This document shows positions 20,067 to 28,946 of a DNA stretch of 64,000 nucleotides, in pieces. The stretch covers positions 5,245,735 to 5,309,734 of the forward strand of contig OZ257156.1 in NCBI GenBank assembly GCA_965279375.1, read 5' to 3'. A program made the position numbers and the translations under genes. Source of the stretch: Gemmatimonas sp. (GTDB lineage Bacteria; Gemmatimonadota; Gemmatimonadetes; Gemmatimonadales; Gemmatimonadaceae). Position 1 is the stretch's first letter; the number at the start of each line of letters is the position of its first letter. The notes beneath the pieces were generated by a model. The model saw nothing but the letters and a program-made list of their open reading frames with translations. It ran no database searches and was not told the DNA's origin.

Positions 20067-22628
20067 ATGGGCCAGCGCCAAACGCTTCCCGTCCTGCCAT
20101 TGCGCGGGACCGTCATGTTCCCCGGTATCACAGCTCCGATCGCGGCCGGTCGTCCCGGCACGCTGCGGGCGATCGAGACAGCGCTCAAGGGCGACCGTCT
20201 CGTCTTTGCCGTCGCCCAGCGCGACAACAGCGAAGAGCCGACTTCCGACATCCTTTACACGACTGGCGTGATTGCCCGCATCGGGCAGATCCAGCGCGGT
20301 CTGGGCGGCGTGCAGCTGCTGCTGCAGGGCGAACAGCGAGCGACGGCGTTGCAGTACTCCGAGCAGGACGGGCACATGGTGGCCGTCATTGTCCCGGCAG
20401 AAGAAATGATGCCGCTCGACCTCAAGAACGCGGCGTTCGAAGCGCTGCATAAAGAGGCACGCGAGCGGGCAGCCGAATTGGGCGAGAAGCGCGGACTCCC
20501 CGAGGAAGTCGTGCATCAGGTGCTCGATTCCGTTGACGACGCCGGCAAGTTCTCCGATCTCGTCGCGGGCTATATCGAGCTGACCGTACCCGAGAAGCAG
20601 AGCCTGCTGGAAACGATGTCCGTGGAAGAGCGCCTGCGTCGGGTGCTGGTGCACGTGCAGCGCCAGATCGGTCTCCTCGAAGCGCAGGAAGACATCAAGT
20701 CGCAGGTGCAGGAAGAGCTGGGCGACCGCCAGCGCGAGATGTTCCTGCGCGAGCAGCTCAAGGCGATCCAGAAGGAGCTGGGTGACGACGATCAAGGCAA
20801 GGAAATCGCCGAGCTGCGCGAGAAGATCGCCAAGCTCGACCTGCCCAAGGAGGCGCGCGCCGAAGCCGAGCGTGAGCTGAGCCGCCTTGAGCGTGCCGGT
20901 CGCGAGAGCATGGAAGCGCAGGTGATCCGCACGTACCTCGAGTGGGTGGCCGAGCTGCCGTGGAGCAAGCGGTCGGACGATCACCTCGAACTGGTGCGCG
21001 CTGCTGAAATCCTTGAGGAAGACCACTACGGCCTTAAGGACGTAAAGGATCGCGTGCTCGAATTCCTGGCGGTGCGGCAGCTCCGCGCGCAGCAGGTGGC
21101 CGCAGAAGTCGCCACGACCGGTGAATTCTCCGTCTCCAAGCTGCGCACCGACGACGATGACACGCCCGTCTCGTCCAGCAACACGTCGTCGGACAAGACC
21201 ATCACGGACGCCACGGAAGCGAAGGCGCGCGTGATGGCACGCGGCCCGATCCTGCTCTTCAACGGTCCGCCAGGCGTCGGCAAGACGTCCATCGCGAAAT
21301 CGATCGCGCGTGCGCTCGGCCGCGAGTACGTGCGCGTGGCACTGGGTGGCGCACGTGACGAAGCGGACATTCGCGGACATCGCCGCACGTATGTGGGCGC
21401 GCTGCCGGGTCGCATCATTCAGGGGATGAAGACGGCGGGCACCAAGAACCCGGTGTTCCTGCTCGACGAAGTGGACAAGCTGGGCTCGTCATATCAGGGC
21501 GATCCATCGAGCGCGTTGCTCGAAGTGCTCGATCCGGCGCAGAACGATTCGTTCACCGATCACTACCTCGGCGTGCCGTTCGATCTGAGCGAGGTGTTGT
21601 TCATCGCCACCTCGAACTTCATCCAGAACATTCCCGGGCCGCTGCTGGACCGCATGGAAGTGGTGGATTTCAGCGGCTACACCGAGAGCGAAAAGGCTGC
21701 GATCGCCAAGACGTACCTCATTCCTCGCCAGTTGGAGGAGTCGGGGCTGGCGGGACGTGACCTCAGCTTCACTGACGAAGCGGTGATGAGCATCATCAGC
21801 AAGTACACGCGCGAGAGCGGTGTGCGTCAGCTCGAGCGTCAGCTCGGCGCAGTGGCACGCAAGGTCGCGCGACGTGTAGCCACGGGCGACAACTCCACGA
21901 TCGACGACAAGGTGATCAGCGCGGAAGAAGTGCGCGAACTGCTGGGTCGTCCGAAGGTGCATCCGGAGCGCGCCGCCGAGCATGACGAGGTGGGTATCTC
22001 CACCGGCATGTATTACACGCCGATGGGTGGTGACATCATGTTCGTCGAAGCCTCCATCCGCCGTGGCGTGTCCAAGCCGCGACTGGATGCGGACGAGGAG
22101 ATGGTACGCGTCGGACCGATCTCGCTCATTCTGACGGGCCAACTCGGCGACGTGATGAAGGAAAGCGCGCGCGCGGCGCTGACGTACGCGACCAACAACG
22201 CGGAGCGCCTCGGCATTCCGGCGTCACGGGTGGGTACGGCGAGCGAAGCGCACATCCACGTGCCGGCGGGCGCCATCCCCAAGGATGGCCCGAGCGCGGG
22301 CATCGCGATTGCTACTGCGTTGGTCAGCGAGATGTCCAACCGCAAAGTGCGGCGCGACGTGTCGATGACCGGGGAGATCACGCTGCGCGGACGCGTGCTG
22401 CCGATCGGCGGATTGAAGGAGAAGGTGCTGGGTGCGCATCGCGCGGGCATCAAGCACGTCATTCTGCCGAAGGCCAACGAAGGCGATCTCGAGGATGTGC
22501 CGGAAGAGGTGCGCAGCCAGCTCACCTTCTATCCGGTGGAGACGCTGATGGACGTGCTGTCGATCGCACTGGTGGACGGCGGACGCGCGCCCGCCGAAGC
22601 AGCGATCGAGGAGTTGGTCGGCGTGTAA
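20067..22628 (+). CDS. lon: ATP-dependent Lon protease (LonA)
   Basis: LPVLPLR..VMFPG, GPPGVGKTS, RGHRRTYVGALPG, LLDEVDK, PKDGPSAG (Ser), IGGLKEK (Lys). Confidence 0.98.
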   Translation: MGQRQTLPVLPLRGTVMFPGITAPIAAGRPGTLRAIETALKGDRLVFAVAQRDNSEEPTSDILYTTGVIARIGQIQRGLGGVQLLLQGEQRATALQYSEQDGHMVAVIVPAEEMMPLDLKNAAFEALHKEARERAAELGEKRGLPEEVVHQVLDSVDDAGKFSDLVAGYIELTVPEKQSLLETMSVEERLRRVLVHVQRQIGLLEAQEDIKSQVQEELGDRQREMFLREQLKAIQKELGDDDQGKEIAELREKIAKLDLPKEARAEAERELSRLERAGRESMEAQVIRTYLEWVAELPWSKRSDDHLELVRAAEILEEDHYGLKDVKDRVLEFLAVRQLRAQQVAAEVATTGEFSVSKLRTDDDDTPVSSSNTSSDKTITDATEAKARVMARGPILLFNGPPGVGKTSIAKSIARALGREYVRVALGGARDEADIRGHRRTYVGALPGRIIQGMKTAGTKNPVFLLDEVDKLGSSYQGDPSSALLEVLDPAQNDSFTDHYLGVPFDLSEVLFIATSNFIQNIPGPLLDRMEVVDFSGYTESEKAAIAKTYLIPRQLEESGLAGRDLSFTDEAVMSIISKYTRESGVRQLERQLGAVARKVARRVATGDNSTIDDKVISAEEVRELLGRPKVHPERAAEHDEVGISTGMYYTPMGGDIMFVEASIRRGVSKPRLDADEEMVRVGPISLILTGQLGDVMKESARAALTYATNNAERLGIPASRVGTASEAHIHVPAGAIPKDGPSAGIAIATALVSEMSNRKVRRDVSMTGEITLRGRVLPIGGLKEKVLGAHRAGIKHVILPKANEGDLEDVPEEVRSQLTFYPVETLMDVLSIALVDGGRAPAEAAIEELVGV

Positions 22629-22637
22629 CGCTGACCG

Positions 22638-23510
22638 CTACACGCGCTGCGTCAGGCGTGCGAAGTAGACGTCTTCGAGGTCGGGCGTGATGACCTCGAA
22701 GCCATCCCCGGGATCCACCGTGCTGTAGCGATGCACCACGGTGGCTCCTGCGGAGAGGCGCGTGCTGATCACATCCGCACGTGCGCGCCACGAGTCCGCG
22801 TCGGCACGCGGCACCGTGCGCCGCCAGATGCGTCCCTGCATCTGCTGCAGTAGTTCGTTAGGTGCTCCCTGCACCACAACGCGCCCGCCGGCAATGATCG
22901 CCATGCGCGGACAGAGCTCCCGCACATCTTCCACGATGTGCGTCGAGAGCATCACCACCACATCGTCACCCACCGCCGCGAGCAGATCGAGAAATCGGTT
23001 GCGCTCAGCGGGATCGAGGCCGGCGGTGGGTTCGTCCACGATGAGCAGTCGTGGCTGCGCGATGAGCGCGATCGCAATGCCGAGTCGTTGGCGCATGCCA
23101 CCGGACCACCCGCCCACGGCATCTCGCCGCACCTCGAAGAGATTCACTTGCTGGAGCATGGCGTCCACGCGCTCGCGACGCTCGGCGTGCTGCGTGATGC
23201 CTTTGAGCGTGGCAAAGTGGTCGAGCGTGGCATCGGCCGACATCGTTGGGTACAAACCGAAGTCCTGCGGCAAGTAGCCGAGTACAGCGCGTAGTGCATC
23301 GGGCTGCTTCACCGCGTCGATTTCGCCGAAGCGAATGCTGCCGCTATCGGGCGACTGCAGGGTGGCGATGGTACGCATCAGCGTAGACTTCCCCGCACCA
23401 TTGGGTCCGAGGAGGCCGAACACGCCAGTCGGCACCGTGAGCGAGATGCTGTCCAGCGCGCGTACGCCGTTGGGATAGGTTTTGCTGAGCGACTCGATCG
23501 ACAGGGTCAT
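22638..23510 (-). CDS. ABC transporter ATP-binding protein
   Basis: GPNGAGKST, GYLPQ, WSGGMRQR, IVDEPT, STH. Confidence 0.93.
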   Translation of the reverse strand: MTLSIESLSKTYPNGVRALDSISLTVPTGVFGLLGPNGAGKSTLMRTIATLQSPDSGSIRFGEIDAVKQPDALRAVLGYLPQDFGLYPTMSADATLDHFATLKGITQHAERRERVDAMLQQVNLFEVRRDAVGGWSGGMRQRLGIAIALIAQPRLLIVDEPTAGLDPAERNRFLDLLAAVGDDVVVMLSTHIVEDVRELCPRMAIIAGGRVVVQGAPNELLQQMQGRIWRRTVPRADADSWRARADVISTRLSAGATVVHRYSTVDPGDGFEVITPDLEDVYFARLTQRV

Positions 23511-23580
23511 GCCCCAAGTTGGCAGCTTTGCGCGCATTGTGCAGGGCTGATCGACGCCGATGCCGCTGCGGCGCCCGGCG

Positions 23581-24501
23581 TCAGCGCCCTCGGTTTGCGA
23601 GTGCTTCCCGATAGACGTGGGAGATATCGGGTTCGACCGAACGGAACTGCCCGGTGGGTGCGGCCTCCGCGCACACCTCGACCTGGACGGCGTGCGCGAG
23701 CGACGCCTGCGACAGCAGCAAGTGCTGTGATGCGATCGTGGAGACCTCTTCGGGTTCGACGGCCCCACGCCACACGCGTCCGCGCAGCTCGTCGACCAGG
23801 CGATCGACCACTCCCTCTCTCAGGAGACGTCCGCGATCGAGAATGACGAGCTGCATCGACAGATCGCGTAGCTGCTCCACGTCATTTGCACTGATGACGA
23901 CGATGCGCGACTGCGCAATATCGCGCAGCAGCGCCAATCGCTCGCGTACTTCTGCCGGCACGACGCCGGTCAGCGGCTCGTCCAGCACCAGCGCACGCGG
24001 CGAATCCGCGAGGCTGTGCGCCACCTGCAGTCGCCATCGCATCGCCGCGGAGACTGTATCCACACGCAGGTCACGTGCGTCCCACAGGCCAACCTGACGC
24101 AGCTGTGTCTCGACGTGTGGGTCGATGGACGCACCTTTGCTCCACGGCACAGAACGGCCCCGACGGTCGGCCGCTTCAGCAATCGTCATATCGGACGGCA
24201 GCGCACGCGCGAGCGGTACGGCGCGCACCAGCTGGCGCAGTCGTGTCGCGTGCGACGCCGCGTCGAAGTCGCCGAGGTGCACCGTCCCTCGATCCGGGCG
24301 GTCCTCGAGAGACAGGATGCGCAAGAGTGTGGACTTTCCGGCGGCCGCTGGGCCGACGACAACGCACAATCCTCCGTCGACAGAGAAGCTCACGTCGTCC
24401 AGCGCGCGCGTGCCGCCGGGATAAATCCTCGATACACTGCGAACCTGCAGCGCATGTCGCCGCCGCGCACGCAGAACGTTCAGGTATTGAGTGGGTTGCA
24501 C
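23581..24501 (-). CDS. degenerate ABC ATP-binding protein (paralogue of downstream gene)
   Basis: GPAAAGKST and VLDEP present; signature VSAAM; no Q-loop Gln or H-loop His; C-terminal domain similar to the neighbour. Confidence 0.75.
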   Translation of the reverse strand: MQPTQYLNVLRARRRHALQVRSVSRIYPGGTRALDDVSFSVDGGLCVVVGPAAAGKSTLLRILSLEDRPDRGTVHLGDFDAASHATRLRQLVRAVPLARALPSDMTIAEAADRRGRSVPWSKGASIDPHVETQLRQVGLWDARDLRVDTVSAAMRWRLQVAHSLADSPRALVLDEPLTGVVPAEVRERLALLRDIAQSRIVVISANDVEQLRDLSMQLVILDRGRLLREGVVDRLVDELRGRVWRGAVEPEEVSTIASQHLLLSQASLAHAVQVEVCAEAAPTGQFRSVEPDISHVYREALANRGR

Positions 24502-25127
24502 TACAAGCGCGCTCCGACTCCGCGAGGCGGCGTCGCCGGTTTGGTGCGTTCCGACGGACGCGGCGAGGTGGAGGATTTCCGGAGTTCGCGGATGATTTCC
24601 TGCGTGATATCCACGCGATCATCCGCGTCGGCGATCAGGTCATCGCTCGCACGATCGAGCACGAGGTCGAACTGTAGTCGCAGTCGTACGGTGCGGACGG
24701 CCGCTCGAAGTTGCGTCATGAGCGGTCCTCGCAACTCGTGCAGTCGTTGCTGCATGACGCCGTCAAGATTCTCGATCATCTGCTCCACGAGGAGCTCACG
24801 CGCACGCAGTTGCAGCTTGCCCGCCTCGCGTTCCCGAGGCGTCAACCGCTGCTCTGCCTGCACCAGCTCGTCGAGGGCGAGGCGCAGCGAATCCGACGCA
24901 GCGCTGACAAGCACCCGCGCCTTGCTCTGCTCCAGCGCGAACTCCGACTCGGCGGCATTGCGTTGTGGCACTGAGTCGAGCACGACGCGCGAGTCGAAGA
25001 CAGCGATGCGGGTGGAAGAAATCGCGGAGGACGATGCGCGCTGCGCGACGGCAGATGCTGGCGTGAGCGCGCCGAACGTGAATACGGCGGCGCCCACGTT
25101 GGTGAGCCAGCGAAGATTGCTGTTCAT
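24501..25127 (-). CDS. OmpH/Skp family periplasmic chaperone
   Basis: signal peptide, RIAVFDSRVVLDSVP, long coiled coil, FDLVLD...DITQEII. Confidence 0.85.
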   Translation of the reverse strand: MNSNLRWLTNVGAAVFTFGALTPASAVAQRASSSAISSTRIAVFDSRVVLDSVPQRNAAESEFALEQSKARVLVSAASDSLRLALDELVQAEQRLTPREREAGKLQLRARELLVEQMIENLDGVMQQRLHELRGPLMTQLRAAVRTVRLRLQFDLVLDRASDDLIADADDRVDITQEIIRELRKSSTSPRPSERTKPATPPRGVGARL

Positions 25128-25134
25128 GGCCAGG

Positions 25135-26118
25135 TCACGGCGACGACGGAGGTATGCTGACCGGTGCCCGATCTCCCGCGCGATCGGTACGACGTGGTAC
25201 CGACAGGGCGCGCGCGCCGGGTGACACCGCCGGGAGCGCGCCGCTCGCACTGCCCGAAGCGGGCGAGGGGCCGTTCGCCTCGACTCGCGGAACTTCCGGT
25301 GTCATCAGCATTGGTGTCTTGCCGTCGGTGACGATCACCTTGGCGTTCGGACTGCGCGCGAGTTCACGAAACGCTTCGATGGATTGATAGGAGATGATTG
25401 CGGGCGACAGCCCCTGCGCGATGATGGCCCACGAGTCTCGAATGCCGGTCGCCTCGATGGTGCGACGCTCCGCTTCCTGGCGCTCGCGATCAAGCACGAA
25501 GCGCATCTGCTCCGATCGCTGCTCGGCTTCGAGCTTCTCCTCGATGCTCCGCGCCAAGTCCTGTGGCAAACGGATGCTCTTGAGCAGCACGTTTTCGACG
25601 TCGAAGCCGCGCGGCTCGAGCACCGACATCATCTGCGTGCGAATGGCCGCTTCAATGCCGGCACGTGTGCCGGAGTGGAGGTCTTTCGCCATGTAGCGGG
25701 CGGACACGTCCGCTGCTGCCGATCGAAAGACGGGAATGATGACGTCCTCCTCGTAGCGCAGGCCGCTCTTCTCGAGGATCTTCGCCACCTGCTCCGGACG
25801 AGCGCGATAGAGGATCGAGACTTCGGCGGAGACGTTGAGCCCTTCGCGCGTGGGCATCTCCAGACGCACCTCACGGTTCACGACGCGTGACGGCACGCGC
25901 AGCACCGAATTGACGCCGGGAATGACCAACTGCGCGCCGGGTTGCAGCGGGCCGCTGGCTATGCGGCCGAATCGCGTCTTTACGCCGATCTCGTCCTGCC
26001 GGATCGTGGCGCACGCGGCCAGCGGGAGCAGCAGGAGAACGGGGAGGTGCGACGGACGGACACCGAGGGGACGGCGACGACTGGCGGTCGGCCGAAGAGA
26101 ATGCTCGCTGGTAGACAT
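25135..26118 (-). CDS. SPFH/prohibitin family lipoprotein
   Basis: lipobox LAAC; EIGVKTRFG, TREGLNV, SIEEKLEAEQ, EAERRTIEA. Confidence 0.9.
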   Translation of the reverse strand: MSTSEHSLRPTASRRRPLGVRPSHLPVLLLLPLAACATIRQDEIGVKTRFGRIASGPLQPGAQLVIPGVNSVLRVPSRVVNREVRLEMPTREGLNVSAEVSILYRARPEQVAKILEKSGLRYEEDVIIPVFRSAAADVSARYMAKDLHSGTRAGIEAAIRTQMMSVLEPRGFDVENVLLKSIRLPQDLARSIEEKLEAEQRSEQMRFVLDRERQEAERRTIEATGIRDSWAIIAQGLSPAIISYQSIEAFRELARSPNAKVIVTDGKTPMLMTPEVPRVEANGPSPASGSASGALPAVSPGARALSVPRRTDRAGDRAPVSIPPSSP

Positions 26119-26326
26119 GGCGCGCTCGCATCGAGGCGTGGTGCGAAGCGCGAGACTCTTCGCGGTCCCATCATGCGGCGCATGATGGGTGCGAAGGTCT
26201 CGCGCAGTCTGCGTCCGATGCTTGGATGCAGAGCCCGGCCGATCCGTGCGTTCTCGCGGACGCAGTCTTGACGAATTGGCCGCACGGGACGCCTGCCCGC
26301 GGTGCTACTCCCCTTCTGCCTGCAAG

Positions 26327-27556
26327 CTATGAGCAGCGCGCAGGGGTGAAAGCACCGTCGTCATTGATTGTTTCGATATGCGCCATTGACGGAAACGGCG
26401 ACAGCGCGCGTGGCCGTGCCGTCGTGACGGTGCGAGATGGCGCGCTGCGGCATGCGGCATTGACGCATCCCGGGCACTTGTGACGATACTGCGAGCTCGC
26501 CAGCTCGTTGGCGCCGAGGTGCGACGCGACGATGTCGGCCAGCGCGTCGAGGAACTCGGGGCGCGCGTTGAGCGATGGCGCGCGCCGGAAGCCCGTCATG
26601 CCGAGCGACGCGGCGAGATCGCCGTATTCGATGTCGATCTCCGAGAGCGTTTCGATGTGATCGCTGGTGAAGGCGATCGGCACCACCAGCACGTTGTTGC
26701 GCCCCTGCGCAGCCAGTCGACGGATGACGTGCTCCGTGCTGGTGCCAAGCCAGCGCACTGGTCCGACTTCCGACTGATACGAAAGCAGCTGAGGATTGGG
26801 CAGATCGAGTGCTTGCGTCACGCGGCTGACGGTTGCGGCGACTTCGGCAGGGTACGTATCGCCACGCTCGATGACGGAAAGCGGCAGTGAGTGTGCGCTG
26901 TAGAGCAGCAACACGTCGTCACGCTCGTCCGGTCGAAACTGTCGCAGCCCTTCTTCGACCACGTCGGCGACGGCGCGCACGAAGCCCTCGTGTTCGCCCC
27001 ACCGATCGATGATGCTCCACTCGAACGCATCCTGTAGCTGCAGCCGATCGAGCGCGCGCCAGAGTTCGTTGAGGCTCGAGCCTGTGGTGGTGCACGACCA
27101 TTGCGGATACTGCGTGAACGCGATCGCGCGCGTGATGCCGTCTGCCTGCATGGCGCGCAATGCATCGTCGGCCGAGGGGTTCACGTAGCGAAAGGCCACG
27201 TAGAAGCGATGTGGCGCGGTGTCTGGTGACATTGCGTCGAGACGCGCACAGAGGCCGGCGCCTTGCGCTTCCGTCCAGCGCCGAATGGGCGATCCGCCAC
27301 CGATCGCGCGATAGAGTTCGCGCACCTTGGGGGCGCGTCGCTTGGCGATGAAGCGGCCGAGTACGTCCTGCCACGGAAGTCGCAACAGTTCGCGGTCGGC
27401 GAAGAGGTTGAGCAGAAACGGCTCAACCTCTTCGAGTGTCGCTGGCCCGCCCATGTTGAGCATCACAATGCCCGTCCCTCCGCTGTGCGGCTCGCGCAGC
27501 GGGGAGACGGTGTGGGCAGCGCGTCGGAACGGGAGAATCGCGTCGTCGAATGACAT
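26327..27556 (-). CDS. hemH: ferrochelatase, animal/mitochondrial-like with [2Fe-2S] Cys motif
   Basis: [48 protein letters not shown], C-terminal CPGCVNAAC. Confidence 0.96.
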   Translation of the reverse strand: [409 protein letters not shown]

Positions 27557-27658
27557 GCCAGACAATCGGCAGACGCGCAGCGCTGCTCCATTCGCTGCTG
27601 TACCTAGACGCGCACTCCGTATTGCTACGCACGCGTCGCTGCCTGCGCGTGCGCCGTA

Positions 27659-28777
27659 CTATCGCAGCAGCGAACAGATGGAGTCCACGCGCACGTTCGC
27701 CTGTACACGCGCCGCGGAGCTACCGACGATCCCCACGCCGGCAGAGTAGCCGCGAATTCCGGCCAGCACGATCGCATCGCCCGCACTGCCATCGAGCGCG
27801 ATGTTGAAGATGCCCAGGGTTGACGTCGTTGGAGGGACGATCACGTCGGAGAAGAAGAGCAGCGGCGCGGTCGCTGCGCCCAGAAACGACGTCAGGATTT
27901 CCTGGCGACCATCCGGGAGGGCGACCAGCAAGACCAGCTCCATACTCGTCGTCGCGCCGCCAAGCACCGCGATGGCCCGCATCGACGCACTCCAAGTGAT
28001 CGCTGCGGTCACGTCGATCGAGGTATAGCCCTTGGGCCACGAGACGGTGGAGCCCATGACCACCAACACGCTGCCGCCGCCACCCGCCAGCACTGGAGCA
28101 AAGGTCATGGTATCGATGAATCCGTTGCCGGACCGCAGGTCTACGCCGCCGCGGTTAGCAATGATGGCGAGCCCATCGCGTGACTGACTGGCATTGGAGC
28201 TCGTGTACGGCGCCCGCTGGCAGACGTTCAGTTGGGGCGGCTTCTCGTCCAGGGCCTGACGCGACGTGCCGACGTCCTGTGGGGGCGTCGTCGATGCGGG
28301 CGGCGCGGGTGGATCACCGAAGACGTATTCGAGGCCTAGGCGCGAGTACTGCCCGCGCCAGCTGCGCAGCTTCTCGGCGGGATCGTCGTTGAGCGCGCCG
28401 ACCCAGCGTGAGATGCCCGCGCCATCAGAAACATCCTGCCGATCGTACAGTGCACCCAGAGAGGCTCTCGCCACATCGTCCAGGGCTGCGTTCCACTTCG
28501 GCCCAAGATCCTTCCACACCTCGTTGTTCGTGCGGACGCCGTCCGCCTGCTCCTGCAGTCCCTTGCCCCACGCTTCAGCGACATCGCTGACACGCGCGAG
28601 GTGCGCATTGAGCCATTCGTCTGACCGTGCCTCGGCTTCCAGCAGCTTGGTGGTGCGCTCACGCCATTGCGACATCGCGTTCATCCCTTCGATGAAGCGT
28701 TGCAAGCGTGCGTCAGACGTCGCTTCGAGCGCGCGTTTGAGCCGTTCGTCGATCACATCGTCCGTGAATGGGGGCAT
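27659..28777 (-). CDS. hypothetical protein (helical N-half, beta-rich C-half)
   Basis: 372-codon ORF with GGAG RBS before ATG 28777; fills the gap between PBP and hemH; no recognised motif. Confidence 0.6.
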   Translation of the reverse strand: MPPFTDDVIDERLKRALEATSDARLQRFIEGMNAMSQWRERTTKLLEAEARSDEWLNAHLARVSDVAEAWGKGLQEQADGVRTNNEVWKDLGPKWNAALDDVARASLGALYDRQDVSDGAGISRWVGALNDDPAEKLRSWRGQYSRLGLEYVFGDPPAPPASTTPPQDVGTSRQALDEKPPQLNVCQRAPYTSSNASQSRDGLAIIANRGGVDLRSGNGFIDTMTFAPVLAGGGGSVLVVMGSTVSWPKGYTSIDVTAAITWSASMRAIAVLGGATTSMELVLLVALPDGRQEILTSFLGAATAPLLFFSDVIVPPTTSTLGIFNIALDGSAGDAIVLAGIRGYSAGVGIVGSSAARVQANVRVDSICSLLR

Positions 28778-28946
28778 TCGAAGTACTCCGCCAAGAGGAG
28801 AGAGGTTGGAGCGAATCACCAGTGGTGCCGCGTTCCAAGACTGCGCTCTCCACCTCAACCCGACTTCAACGCTCCTCAACCACTCTCAAATGCGGCGATG
28901 CTACGCTCCGGTCGTCCCGGCGCTGATGCCGCGACTGCCGGGCGAC

